Shown here: one piece after another, positions 8,327-17,435 of the stretch
Layout of the letters: every line of letters begins with the position of its first letter
How positions within the stretch are numbered: the stretch's first letter is position 1
The notes under the pieces: model-generated
Told to the model about the DNA's origin: nothing
Database searches by the model: none
Seen by the model: only the letters and a program-made list of their open reading frames with translations
IMG/VR virus record: IMGVR_UViG_3300020383_000001
Span: 1-64,000 of that record
Length of the DNA stretch: 64,000 nucleotides
Direction: 5' to 3' (one strand)
DNA from: a virus
Program-made: the position numbers and the translations under genes

Positions 8327-8593
8327 TTAGACACCGAAATCGATGTCTTGCTGTTGTTCCTCTTCGTCAACCACATACACGGTACCTTTCAACTGGAATA
8401 CAGCTTCAGGATTACTCTTAGCCGCATTGATTAAGCTGCGGTCCAACTTACGACTGATTTCCAATGCAACACCACGACTAAGGCGGTGTTCATTTCCTTG
8501 AGCATCAACTACTACAAGGTTCAGGTATGCGTCTGGTTGGTTTGCGTTAGACTGACGAGTTGATTGGGTTTGGTTTGCTTTTTGTAATGCCAT
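8327..8593 (-). CDS. hypothetical early protein (88 aa) with acidic C-terminus
   Basis: Listed ORF, downstream of a conserved promoter-like motif. Confidence 0.35.
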   Translation of the reverse strand: MALQKANQTQSTRQSNANQPDAYLNLVVVDAQGNEHRLSRGVALEISRKLDRSLINAAKSNPEAVFQLKGTVYVVDEEEQQQDIDFGV

Positions 8594-8665
8594 AATATTT
8601 CTCCGATATTAGAAAGTTATTGAGGGATTATTCCCACTAAATCGCTGAACGCTTTGCGTGAAGCG

Positions 8666-8899
8666 TCACTTAACAGGTGTGTTTAACAGTTCTTGTTCTT
8701 CTTCTTTTACCCAACAGGTACCATCAGCAGTCTCAATATCACTACGAGGGATACCAAGCTTAGTGTACTGAGCTACACATTCAGACTCGGTAATGTACAA
8801 CTGCAATTCACTGGCAATAATCTTAATCATGTGAACAGCACTAACTACAAATAGACAAATAGAAATTACATACAATGCGATGATACGTTTACTAATCAT
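8666..8899 (-). CDS. small membrane protein (77 aa)
   Basis: One strongly hydrophobic N-terminal helix. Confidence 0.3.
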   Translation of the reverse strand: MISKRIIALYVISICLFVVSAVHMIKIIASELQLYITESECVAQYTKLGIPRSDIETADGTCWVKEEEQELLNTPVK

Positions 8900-9576
8900 G
8901 CCGGCTCCATAAATACGTTAGTTGGGTTGGATTTAATGTATTGAGCTATTTGTTTAAAGCTCCATCTAGCTTTGTCATTAAGCTCGGTTAAGTTGTAAAC
9001 AAAGAATTCTGTTTCTGGGTCAACTTCTAAGCTATGTCTCAATGCACCAGAATTAGTAAGAAGCTTTAACTCTTTTCTTACATCTTCTGGCATATAACCA
9101 CCAATAAGCCTTCTATTAGAAGCAGTTTCATGAGGTCTAAGTAAATGTCGGTTAAGATCTGCGGCCACACCAAGGCAACAGAAACCTGAGCTATCCTGTA
9201 AGCTACCAGTAGTCTGTGGATACTCACCAGACTCTAAGGCTATTAACCATTCAAGCTGTTTAGGGCCAATGTTCTGATAAGGCGTAATCTTATTGTCAGC
9301 TAAAACTTGCTGAAATTCACCATAGTTTGTTTTATTTAGTGAAACCAGAATCTCACATAAATCTGGATGGCTATCTTTAAGAAAATCTTTGAAACCCATT
9401 ACATAATTAAAGAACTGTTTACTGTTACGCTTACGTCTTGTTTTACGTGCAACATAATCACCTAATGGTGAATCAGACCAGTAGAAACCTAGCACATCTT
9501 TAGAAGGATTCTTACTGTTAATAAAATCAATTAACTCTGCGATATGCGAAGTTTTAAATTGCATAACTATCTCCAA
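8896..9576 (-). CDS. hypothetical protein (226 aa)
   Basis: Listed ORF with 4-nt start/stop overlap with the downstream gene. Confidence 0.4.
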   Translation of the reverse strand: MEIVMQFKTSHIAELIDFINSKNPSKDVLGFYWSDSPLGDYVARKTRRKRNSKQFFNYVMGFKDFLKDSHPDLCEILVSLNKTNYGEFQQVLADNKITPYQNIGPKQLEWLIALESGEYPQTTGSLQDSSGFCCLGVAADLNRHLLRPHETASNRRLIGGYMPEDVRKELKLLTNSGALRHSLEVDPETEFFVYNLTELNDKARWSFKQIAQYIKSNPTNVFMEPA

Positions 9577-9614
9577 TAAAATTAGGAAGGAAGAGAGCCC
9601 GAAGGCCCTCTCTG

Positions 9615-9737
9615 TTAATCTTCAAAGTCATCATTAAAATCGAGGACTAAATCAAAGTGGTCTTCAATAGGTAATTCAAACTCATAGTTATCAATGAATG
9701 CTTCTTCGATTGGTGAATCAATTGCTTGTGCTGTCAT
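9615..9737 (-). CDS. small acidic protein (40 aa), not in the ORF track
   Basis: My own translation: RBS GGAGGTTCAA then ATG, MTAQAIDSPIEEAFIDNYEFELPIEDHFDLVLDFNDDFED, with 16 of 40 residues D or E; the stop is followed by a hairpin. Confidence 0.3.
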   Translation of the reverse strand: MTAQAIDSPIEEAFIDNYEFELPIEDHFDLVLDFNDDFED

Positions 9738-9933
9738 TTGAACCTCCAGTGCTAACACCTAAATCTTGAGCAATGTAGCAATACACATCACTCGGTTTAT
9801 TTGCTTCATATTGCTGTAGCTCTTTCTCCATGAAGAGAGGAGTACAGGTTATATGTTTAACAGTTGTTTCACTGTTGTCTGTACCAATAGCTACTATCTT
9901 GTAGTTATGCTTAAAGGCCATAAGTAACTCCAA
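9718..9933 (-). CDS. hypothetical early protein (71 aa)
   Basis: Listed ORF downstream of a conserved promoter-like motif. Confidence 0.3.
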   Translation of the reverse strand: MELLMAFKHNYKIVAIGTDNSETTVKHITCTPLFMEKELQQYEANKPSDVYCYIAQDLGVSTGGSNDSTSN

Positions 9934-10183
9934 TTAACAAGTTATTACCATTGATTCGCTGAACGATAGTGAAGCGTTAAGGACAGATTAAGGAAATGAG
10001 TGAGCAGACTATTACCGAACAGGTTCGGAGATAAAAAACTAAGATGTAGGTTAAAAGGTAGTGAATCACACCAAATATTAGTGTATTTCGCCAACTCTAT
10101 AGTGAGAGAGCGAGTGAGAGAGATTAAGAAAGGAAAGGATATCTTTCTGTTTAATCGTACTATCTATGAAAGTGTAAGAGTGT

Positions 10184-10212
10184 AGGAAAAAAATAGAGGG
10201 AGCCGAAGCCCC
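10184..10212 (-). terminator. rho-independent terminator
   Basis: On the - strand, GGGGGC-TTCG-GCTCCC hairpin followed by TCTATTTTTTTCC, directly after the stop of the 10219..10434 gene. Confidence 0.55.
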
Positions 10213-10218
10213 CTAGTA

Positions 10219-10434
10219 TTAATCTTCACTTAGCTCACGGATACGAGCTTGAATCTGGTTTTCGATGTCAGACTCTTTAAGGTTACGTTTCTCAAGTTCA
10301 GCTTTATACTTCGCTTGTGAATCGGCGTAGTAGACCTTAGATGTATTACCAACAGCCATTGATGCAACGTGAGCTGCACGGAATAACTCATAGAAAGTAC
10401 CAAACAAAGCGCCAAGCATCTTAAAGAAGTTCAT
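10219..10434 (-). CDS. hypothetical protein, first gene of the leftward early block
   Basis: Listed ORF; followed by a terminator. Confidence 0.4.
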   Translation of the reverse strand: MNFFKMLGALFGTFYELFRAAHVASMAVGNTSKVYYADSQAKYKAELEKRNLKESDIENQIQARIRELSED

Positions 10435-10760
10435 AGTATTCTCCTAGTAATTAGTAGCAGTATTGCCGTTAGATAGACGACGAGGAACGAGGAGTCTTAG
10501 TGTAAGGTGGGGTAGGGTCTGATAAGAGTAAATGGCAGATTAGACCCCGGGGGGTATTCCGATTTTATTTAGCTCAGAAGAGACAGTACTGCTACCGTAC
10601 TTAATTATGAAAAAATTACCCTATGCAAAATTGTCTCAAAATATAATAAAAATGTGGGATATTTGCGGCCTATTTAAGCCACTGTAAGCTTTTCTTCCTT
10701 GGTTTGATGAAGTATGCTCAATTTTATTTTATTGGCTTAAAATCGCTTTAAGGAGCTTGT

Positions 10761-10979
10761 ATGGGTAAGAAGATTCTACCGGCTTATATTGTACGTATGA
10801 AAGATGAACTGTATGCGTTAGATGATAAGCTGTCGTTAGCCGAGGAGTTCCGTGAGACTCATATATTTAGTTCCTTGGCTCAAGGGGAGCAGAACTTATT
10901 AAATCAGCAGATAAAGCATATGAGAAGTTATGCTGATGTACTGGCTAAGAGGATTGAATTAGCAGAAGCTAGGAAATAG
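10761..10979 (+). CDS. hypothetical protein (72 aa)
   Basis: Listed ORF; GGAG 8 nt upstream; terminator follows. Confidence 0.4.
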   Translation: MGKKILPAYIVRMKDELYALDDKLSLAEEFRETHIFSSLAQGEQNLLNQQIKHMRSYADVLAKRIELAEARK

Positions 10980-10996
10980 CGCAGCGGTTGTGTTGC

Positions 10997-11019
10997 AAAA
11001 AACACCCTTGGGTGTTTTT
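10997..11019. terminator. bidirectional rho-independent terminator
   Basis: AAAAACACCC-TTG-GGGTGTTTTT: a perfect 10-bp stem flanked by an A-run and a T-run. Confidence 0.55.
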
Positions 11020-11165
11020 CTGCATAAGCCCGCAAGCGGTAGGATTGATATTAGTTGATAGTAGAGAAGGCGAAGCCCAGGACAGGAGGATAGGCTGGGG
11101 GCGAATGAAATGAGTTGGAAGGTCGGCAGTCATCCGACAAGTCTTTTGGGTAGTCTTATATTGTT

Positions 11166-11399
11166 AATCATCTGTGAGGATCGTTAATGTATGAGCCTAT
11201 ATGGGTGTATTTAGCTCATGGTTAAGCCAATGAGTAAGGTATGTAATCATAGATGATTCTGATAAAGGTAAATTAGCGATAATCACCAGTGATTACTCTA
11301 TGTGGCTAATCATCTATGAGGATCGCTAAAATATGAGCCTTGAACTTTGTTTTTGGATCATCTATGATTCGTTTTACCATTCTCATGATCACAGGTGAT
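11166..11399. promoter_or_regulatory. array of six 14-bp palindromic operator-like sites (AATCAY-NN-RTGATT) plus two 33-bp direct repeats
   Basis: Sites at 11166, 11245, 11281, 11308, 11357 and 11388; direct repeats AATCATCTGTGAGGATCGTTAATGTATGAGCCTAT and AATCATCTATGAGGATCGCTAAAATATGAGCCTTG; the last palindrome overlaps the start of the HTH gene. Confidence 0.45.
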
Positions 11400-11754
11400 A
11401 ATAATGCTAGTAATCCAACAGCCTAGAAACAAGTTCACAAAGGTAAGCAGACAAGTATTGTTCAATAAAGAGTTAAGCCTTGGTGCCAAGGTATTGTACA
11501 GTACACTATGTTCACTGAAGCCAGGGCAGAACTATACTGATAATTACTTGATTAAAGCTTTGGACATCTCTAAGCCAACACTTACAAGATGGAAAGCTGA
11601 ACTCAAGAAAGAAGACTTAGTGTTGATTAAACAAGTTCATAGGAATGTATTCTTTACCTTTGTTGGTTTACCAGATTACCCGGCTAGTAGATTGTATGCA
11701 GAGTACCAAGTACATAAAAAGATACTTGAAGAAGGCGAAGTGTTTGAAGATTGA
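11395..11754 (+). CDS. helix-turn-helix DNA-binding protein (alternative start ATG 11404)
   Basis: LGAKVLYSTLCSL...YLIKALDISKPTLTRWKAEL resembles a winged-helix HTH; sits directly downstream of the palindrome array. Confidence 0.45.
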   Translation: MIIMLVIQQPRNKFTKVSRQVLFNKELSLGAKVLYSTLCSLKPGQNYTDNYLIKALDISKPTLTRWKAELKKEDLVLIKQVHRNVFFTFVGLPDYPASRLYAEYQVHKKILEEGEVFED

Positions 11755-11780
11755 TAAATACTTAATATAGCCTATATACT

Positions 11781-11811
11781 AAACCCATCTAGTAAAACAG
11801 GTGGGTTTTTT
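11781..11811 (+). terminator. rho-independent terminator/attenuator immediately before the next start codon
   Basis: AAACCCA-N14-TGGGTTTTTTAT, 2 nt before the ATG at 11814. Confidence 0.45.
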
Positions 11812-11813
11812 AT

Positions 11814-12560
11814 ATGTCCAATACAAGTACAGGTCTACAAACAATTCCTGACCATAAAGTTCCATTGACCAAGAATGAGTTTAAACAAGCTTTACCTAAA
11901 CAGGTTAGGGGAGCTGTATCGGACCAGTTAGTTAATGGGGTTAATCAATTATTAAATGATCCTGAGTTAGCTGAGAACTATAGAGATAACTTATTGGGTT
12001 ATGTAAGTGTACTACAAGATGGCAAGTATAAGCTTACTGACTACATGAATGCTGTACGGTACGTAAGCCATAAGTTGTTAGGTGACTCAAATATTCAGGC
12101 TTATTCTAAGACCTTCCCAGACCGTATTGCTCGGTTTCAAGCAGATGGTAAAGACGCTAAAGCAATTAGTAGCTTTGTAGCAGCCTACAACAAAACCAAG
12201 CTTGTTAATGCTATTTTTGAGCAGACACTTATTCCTACTCATATTTTGAATGCTGACTTACACCAGAAAGCTATCAATGTGCAGGCAGAACTCATGATGA
12301 CTGCTAATAGTGAAAAGGTACGCTGTGAAGCTGCTAACAGTTTGTTGAGCCACTTGAAGCCACCAGAAACTAAGCAAGTTCAGTTGAATGTGAACCATGA
12401 GGTTAAAGAGGGCTCTGCGATTGATGAACTACGTAAAGCTACTGAGGAATTGGCAAAGCAGCAACGGGAAATGATCGCTAGTAAGCAAATGACTGCACAG
12501 CAAATTGCCCATTCAAACATTATAGAAGGTGAGGTAGAAGATGCAGAGTTTTCCGGATAA
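11814..12560 (+). CDS. putative terminase small subunit
   Basis: Position immediately upstream of, and overlapping, the large terminase; no motif. Confidence 0.3.
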   Translation: MSNTSTGLQTIPDHKVPLTKNEFKQALPKQVRGAVSDQLVNGVNQLLNDPELAENYRDNLLGYVSVLQDGKYKLTDYMNAVRYVSHKLLGDSNIQAYSKTFPDRIARFQADGKDAKAISSFVAAYNKTKLVNAIFEQTLIPTHILNADLHQKAINVQAELMMTANSEKVRCEAANSLLSHLKPPETKQVQLNVNHEVKEGSAIDELRKATEELAKQQREMIASKQMTAQQIAHSNIIEGEVEDAEFSG

Positions 12561-14169
12561 TGCCGTAGCGTCAGAAGAAATCATTAAAACTAAAACCGTA
12601 GAGGAATGGCTTAATGGTGTAAGCTACCAAGATGATACTGATTATGTACCTGGTGAGTTTGCCTTATTGTTCATTAACTTCATCAAGATGGTTAATGGGG
12701 GGGAAGGAGAGGAAAACAAAACACCGGTACTGCATTACAGAATGTTAGATCAGGTGGCGGGTAAAGAAACCAATATTGCAAATATGGTTCACCGGGGGGC
12801 TGCTAAAACTACAGTACTGGGTGAGTACTTGTTTCTGTATATTGCTACCTACGGAGGTATTCCAGATTTTGGCAGAATACCTTTGGCCATTTACGTATCA
12901 GACAGCATCGATAACGGTGTTAAAAATATGCGAAAAAACTTAGAGTTCCGTTGGGAAGAGTCAGAGTTTTTGCAGAAGTATGTTCCATACACTAAGTTCA
13001 CAGATATTCGATGGGAATTTAGGAATATTGATGGACAGAAGTTTATCGTAAAAGGGTACGGAGCCAAAACAGGTGTACGTGGTGCTAAAGAGATGGGTAA
13101 GCGTCCTTACTTAGCTGTACTCGATGACTTGATATCGGACGAAGATGCTAGATCACCAACGGTGATCGCAAGCATCGAGGACACGGTATATAAGGCAATT
13201 GATTACGCACTACATCCTACCCACTATAAAATCATTTGGTCGGGTACTCCCTTTAACGCCAAAGATCCATTGTATAAAGCAGTTGAATCCGGAGCCTGGA
13301 AAGTAAATGTATACCCGGTATGTGAGAAGTTCCCTTGTAGTAAAGAGGAATTCCGGGGATCTTGGCCAGATCGTTTTACTTACGAGTACGTCAAGAAGAA
13401 ATATGATAAAGCCCTCAAGGCTGGCAAGATTGATACTTTTAATCAGGAGCTCATGTTAAGAATCATGTCTGATGAAGATCGCATGATTGAAGATTGTGAT
13501 ATACGTTGGTATAGGCGAAAGGACCTTATTGCTAACAGGTCTAGTTTTAACTTCTATATTACCACTGACTTTGCTACTTCAGAAAATACAGCCAGTGACT
13601 ACAGTGTAATTGTAGTTTGGGCCATAAATTCCCAAGGTGACTGGTTCTTAGTAGATGGTATGTGTAAGCGGCAGCTTATGGATAAGAACATAGATGCCTT
13701 ATTCAAACTGGTACAAAAGTACCGCCCAATGAGCGTAGGTATAGAAATTACTGGGCAACAAAAAGGCTTTGTCTCCTGGATTCAAAGTGAAATGATGAGA
13801 CGAAATGTTTGGTTTACTATGGCTTCATCTAATAACAGTAAAGAGCCCGGTATTCGCCCTAATACCAATAAAATGGAGCGATTTAATGTAGTAGTTCCTT
13901 GGATTAAATCTGGTCGAGTTAAGTTCCCTAAAGAAATGGAACAAACTGATCTAATGGTAGAAATTTTAGATGAACTAAAACTAGCTACACCTAAAGGTTT
14001 TAAATCTAAACATGATGATGCTATTGATAACATTTCTATGTTGCCTTTATTAGGGGCCTGGAAGCCTTCAGAGTCTGCAGGAGACTGGAGCAAACAAGAG
14101 GATGATATGTGGGCCATAGATACTGATGATGACTCATCTGTATCTTCACTGGACTCTTATATTGTTTGA
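12541..14169 (+). CDS. terminase large subunit
   Basis: Walker A HRGAAKTT, Walker B LAVLDDLISDE, and a C-terminal nuclease-like acidic region; synteny with the N4 late block. Confidence 0.75.
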   Translation: MQSFPDNAVASEEIIKTKTVEEWLNGVSYQDDTDYVPGEFALLFINFIKMVNGGEGEENKTPVLHYRMLDQVAGKETNIANMVHRGAAKTTVLGEYLFLYIATYGGIPDFGRIPLAIYVSDSIDNGVKNMRKNLEFRWEESEFLQKYVPYTKFTDIRWEFRNIDGQKFIVKGYGAKTGVRGAKEMGKRPYLAVLDDLISDEDARSPTVIASIEDTVYKAIDYALHPTHYKIIWSGTPFNAKDPLYKAVESGAWKVNVYPVCEKFPCSKEEFRGSWPDRFTYEYVKKKYDKALKAGKIDTFNQELMLRIMSDEDRMIEDCDIRWYRRKDLIANRSSFNFYITTDFATSENTASDYSVIVVWAINSQGDWFLVDGMCKRQLMDKNIDALFKLVQKYRPMSVGIEITGQQKGFVSWIQSEMMRRNVWFTMASSNNSKEPGIRPNTNKMERFNVVVPWIKSGRVKFPKEMEQTDLMVEILDELKLATPKGFKSKHDDAIDNISMLPLLGAWKPSESAGDWSKQEDDMWAIDTDDDSSVSSLDSYIV

Positions 14170-14221
14170 TGCCTTAAAATCGTACTATACTCTACTCATG
14201 TGAAACCGTGGGTAGAGTACT

Positions 14222-14929
14222 ATGCTATTAGGTGAATTTTTAGAAGATCTTGCTGTAGGTGAACTTAGTAAGATTAACTTTGGTGATAATACTGAAGAAG
14301 GTTTAACTGAATATAACTACAAAGAAATAATTAAACACATTAACAGAGGTATATATCAGATCCACACTAGATTTGATATCAACTTTGCTGAATTCTTTTT
14401 ACAGCAGTACTCTCATATTCAGTTTTATAGGCTGACTCCTGAGTACGCACAAACAAACACTGAATCCTCACAACCAATTAAGTACATTGAAGATAGCCCA
14501 GAAAATCCTTTTGATCGTGAAATTATAAAGATAACTGGGGTGTTTAATGAACTTGGCGAAGAATTGCCGTTAAATGATGATAATGCAGAAAATGGTCTAT
14601 TTACCCCAGAGATTGACCTACTACAAATTACTGCCCCCAGTGATGAGAATACTTTATCATTTATTTATCGCCCGGCCCCCAAGAAGTTGCTTAGTGATGG
14701 GGATGAATACTTATCTCAAAAGTTAGACTTACCCCGGATCTTCCTAGAAGCACTTGAGTACTACATACTTCACAAAGTAGTTAGTTCTCGTGAATACCTA
14801 GACAATGCGAATGACTCCGATAAGTATCTTTTAATGTTTGAAAGAGAGTTAGCTAGAATCATTAACGAAGATTTATATATTAGTGACAACACCACTAATA
14901 TTAAATTAACTCAAAATGGGTGGGTGTAA
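14222..14929 (+). CDS. hypothetical structural protein (235 aa)
   Basis: Position between terminase and tail fibres. Confidence 0.35.
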   Translation: MLLGEFLEDLAVGELSKINFGDNTEEGLTEYNYKEIIKHINRGIYQIHTRFDINFAEFFLQQYSHIQFYRLTPEYAQTNTESSQPIKYIEDSPENPFDREIIKITGVFNELGEELPLNDDNAENGLFTPEIDLLQITAPSDENTLSFIYRPAPKKLLSDGDEYLSQKLDLPRIFLEALEYYILHKVVSSREYLDNANDSDKYLLMFERELARIINEDLYISDNTTNIKLTQNGWV

Positions 14930-17397
14930 GAATGGCACGTAAACCAACAATAAAATCTGTTAATGGCCCAATAGGTCAGTTTATTGGTTCTTCCTACGAT
15001 ATAGTTAAAAAGGTATACGATAATCTACCTTTGCTAGAATCAATTAACCAAAATGCGGAAAATATTACCCAGCAAGCTGAAAACGCTGTTGTAGAAGCTA
15101 ATGCAGTATTAAGTGCAGTTGAATCCACACAAAACTCAATTAACCAAACACAAACAGAAATAAATAATACTGCCAGTGAAGTTGATGCAGATAAGGTAGC
15201 AGCGGAAAGTGCTGCAACATATGCAGAACAATCAAAATTGGATGCAGCTACAAGTGAATCTAACGCTGCAACATCAGCGTCTAATGCTGCCAGCAGTGCT
15301 AGTGCAGCTAATTTGAGTGAACAATCCGCAACAGCCGCTGCAACTAGTGCAAATAGCTCAGAAGCTGCTGCTTCACAATCAGAACAAAATGCTAGTGTAA
15401 GTGAGATAAACGCAAAAGCTTCAGAAACTGCAGCAAAAACAAGCGAAACTAATGCTTCCCAAAGCGAGTCTAACGCCCTAGCAAGTGAACAAGCGGCGTT
15501 AATCAGCAAACAAAACGCAGCATTAAGTGAAGCAAATGCGGCTGACTCAGAAGAACATGCTTTAGCAAGTGAGCAATCAGCTTCACTTAGTGAAACTAAA
15601 GCGCAATTATGGGCTGAAGAAAGTGAAAATATTGAAGTAGAAACTGGTGCGTATTCTGCAAAACATCACGCATTAAAATCTGAAGAATCAGCTTCAAACT
15701 CTGCTCAAAGTGCTTCTAGTGCTCAAACCAGCGCTTCAAATGCTTCTACTTCAGAAAATAACGCATCAGATAGCGAATTAGCAGCCAAACAAAGTGAAGA
15801 TAATGCGTTAACCAGTGAACAAAATGCTGCAACAAGTGCGACAAATGCAAGCACTAGTGAAAGTGCGGCAGCTTCATCTGCATCTGCTGCTAGCGTGAGT
15901 GAACAAAATGCACTAAATAGTGCACTTAATGCGTTATCTAGTGAACAAGCTGCTGAATCAGCCTTATCTACCTTCAGAGAAGTTCATTGGGGAGCATATT
16001 CCACAGAACCTACACAAAGCCCAAATGGTAATGCACCTGCTGCCGGGAACATGTATTACAATACAAGCAGTGAAATTCTATTTTACTATGATGGCAACAA
16101 ATGGGTAGATTTTACTAGAATCTCTGCGGATAACAAAGCTAAGCTTAGCCGGATTGAGGCCCAAGCTAAGCTCGATGAATCTGCTACGTTAATAATGGAC
16201 TATGCGAACAATAAATACCAAGTGTATGAGCAATTTGAAGGTAAGGTTAGTAAACTAGCTCCACAGATACAGACCTTTACGCGTTCAAGTGAAAAAACGG
16301 GCAGCACCCCTAAAGGCGTTGGCACAGTAACTGTTAACCAACCGGTTATTGAGTTGGGTAAAGGAATCTCGATACACGAGCAACAAACTAATTTGTTTTC
16401 TACTAACAGTACTTCGGGCTTTGCCGTTGGTCGCTCGTCTAGAGTCTCGTCAGAAACCGTTCGAGGTGTTGATGGTTTTGTATATAGAGGTAATTCCGGT
16501 GAAGTTAACCCATTAATTATTAATAACCAAGTTACCGCTATTACGGTTGGCAATACTTATAGTTTCTCCATATATGTACAAAAAAGAGAATCTGACGAGT
16601 GCGAGATTGTGTTAGCTACTAACGGTGCAGCGGCTAATGGGGTCAAAGTATTATTCAATTTCTCTGATGAAAGCAGTTTTGTAGTTTATAACAACACTGA
16701 ATATATGAGCTTATATGATTTTTCATACGAAAAACTATCAGACGGTTTTTATAGGCTTATGTTAACAGGGACACTAGTGACAGGAATATCCTTATTTTGT
16801 CTTCTTTATTGGGAAGATGAAAAAGATATATGGGCTGGTGGAGCACAACTCGAAGAAGGAACGTTCTCATCTCCACTTATTCCATCGAACGATACGCAAG
16901 AAACGCGCCAGGCTGATTTTTGTACTATTGACAATATCGACCAAAGTAATTGGTGGAACCCAAATGAAGGTACGTTTGTTGTCGAGTTTGAGAGCAAAGG
17001 AATTGCAGCGGTGGGTAATGCTAGTGCTGCTTTCTACGCATACAGCAGCTCCCCTTCCTTGGATGCGATTACTGTCAGAGTTCTTACGTCTGGCCTTTTA
17101 AATGCGTTTATTTCGGATTCATCTGGCAACACAAAAACGTTAGAGTTTGGAATAACAGATTCTTTTAATAAGAAAATTAGGGCTGTCTTATCTATAGGTA
17201 ACGGGGTGCTAAAAGCAGTAGCAAACGGAGGTGCGGTAAACAGTGTTACAACAGGAATACAGCAGCCTGCTCCTCTACTTTTATCAGTTGGTGGCAGGAA
17301 GACAGGCGGTCAAGAGGTTAACGGTACAATAAAATTTATCGCCTACATACCAAAAGCTGTGTCTGATACACAATTACAGAAGCTTAGCACATTATGA
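14920..17397 (+). CDS. tail fibre protein with Ser/Ala/Glu/Asn-rich low-complexity shaft
   Basis: About 250 aa of SE-x-NA-type fibre repeats (15190..15960); C-terminal domain paralogous to the next gene. Confidence 0.55.
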   Translation: MGVRMARKPTIKSVNGPIGQFIGSSYDIVKKVYDNLPLLESINQNAENITQQAENAVVEANAVLSAVESTQNSINQTQTEINNTASEVDADKVAAESAATYAEQSKLDAATSESNAATSASNAASSASAANLSEQSATAAATSANSSEAAASQSEQNASVSEINAKASETAAKTSETNASQSESNALASEQAALISKQNAALSEANAADSEEHALASEQSASLSETKAQLWAEESENIEVETGAYSAKHHALKSEESASNSAQSASSAQTSASNASTSENNASDSELAAKQSEDNALTSEQNAATSATNASTSESAAASSASAASVSEQNALNSALNALSSEQAAESALSTFREVHWGAYSTEPTQSPNGNAPAAGNMYYNTSSEILFYYDGNKWVDFTRISADNKAKLSRIEAQAKLDESATLIMDYANNKYQVYEQFEGKVSKLAPQIQTFTRSSEKTGSTPKGVGTVTVNQPVIELGKGISIHEQQTNLFSTNSTSGFAVGRSSRVSSETVRGVDGFVYRGNSGEVNPLIINNQVTAITVGNTYSFSIYVQKRESDECEIVLATNGAAANGVKVLFNFSDESSFVVYNNTEYMSLYDFSYEKLSDGFYRLMLTGTLVTGISLFCLLYWEDEKDIWAGGAQLEEGTFSSPLIPSNDTQETRQADFCTIDNIDQSNWWNPNEGTFVVEFESKGIAAVGNASAAFYAYSSSPSLDAITVRVLTSGLLNAFISDSSGNTKTLEFGITDSFNKKIRAVLSIGNGVLKAVANGGAVNSVTTGIQQPAPLLLSVGGRKTGGQEVNGTIKFIAYIPKAVSDTQLQKLSTL

Positions 17398-17435
17398 TAC
17401 CCGACATTATTAGACCAATAACAGAGGAATAAGTC

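Noticed and set aside
10000-10185. 61-aa + strand ORF in the early leftward region
   Set aside because: It is opposite to the local transcription direction, it overlaps the terminator of the 10219..10434 gene, and no RBS is evident.
14994-15509. 171-aa antisense ORF inside the tail-fibre gene
   Set aside because: It lies entirely within the Ser/Ala-rich low-complexity repeat of the + strand fibre gene. The reverse frame of an Ala/Ser codon repeat is automatically open. It has no RBS and reads as low-complexity protein.
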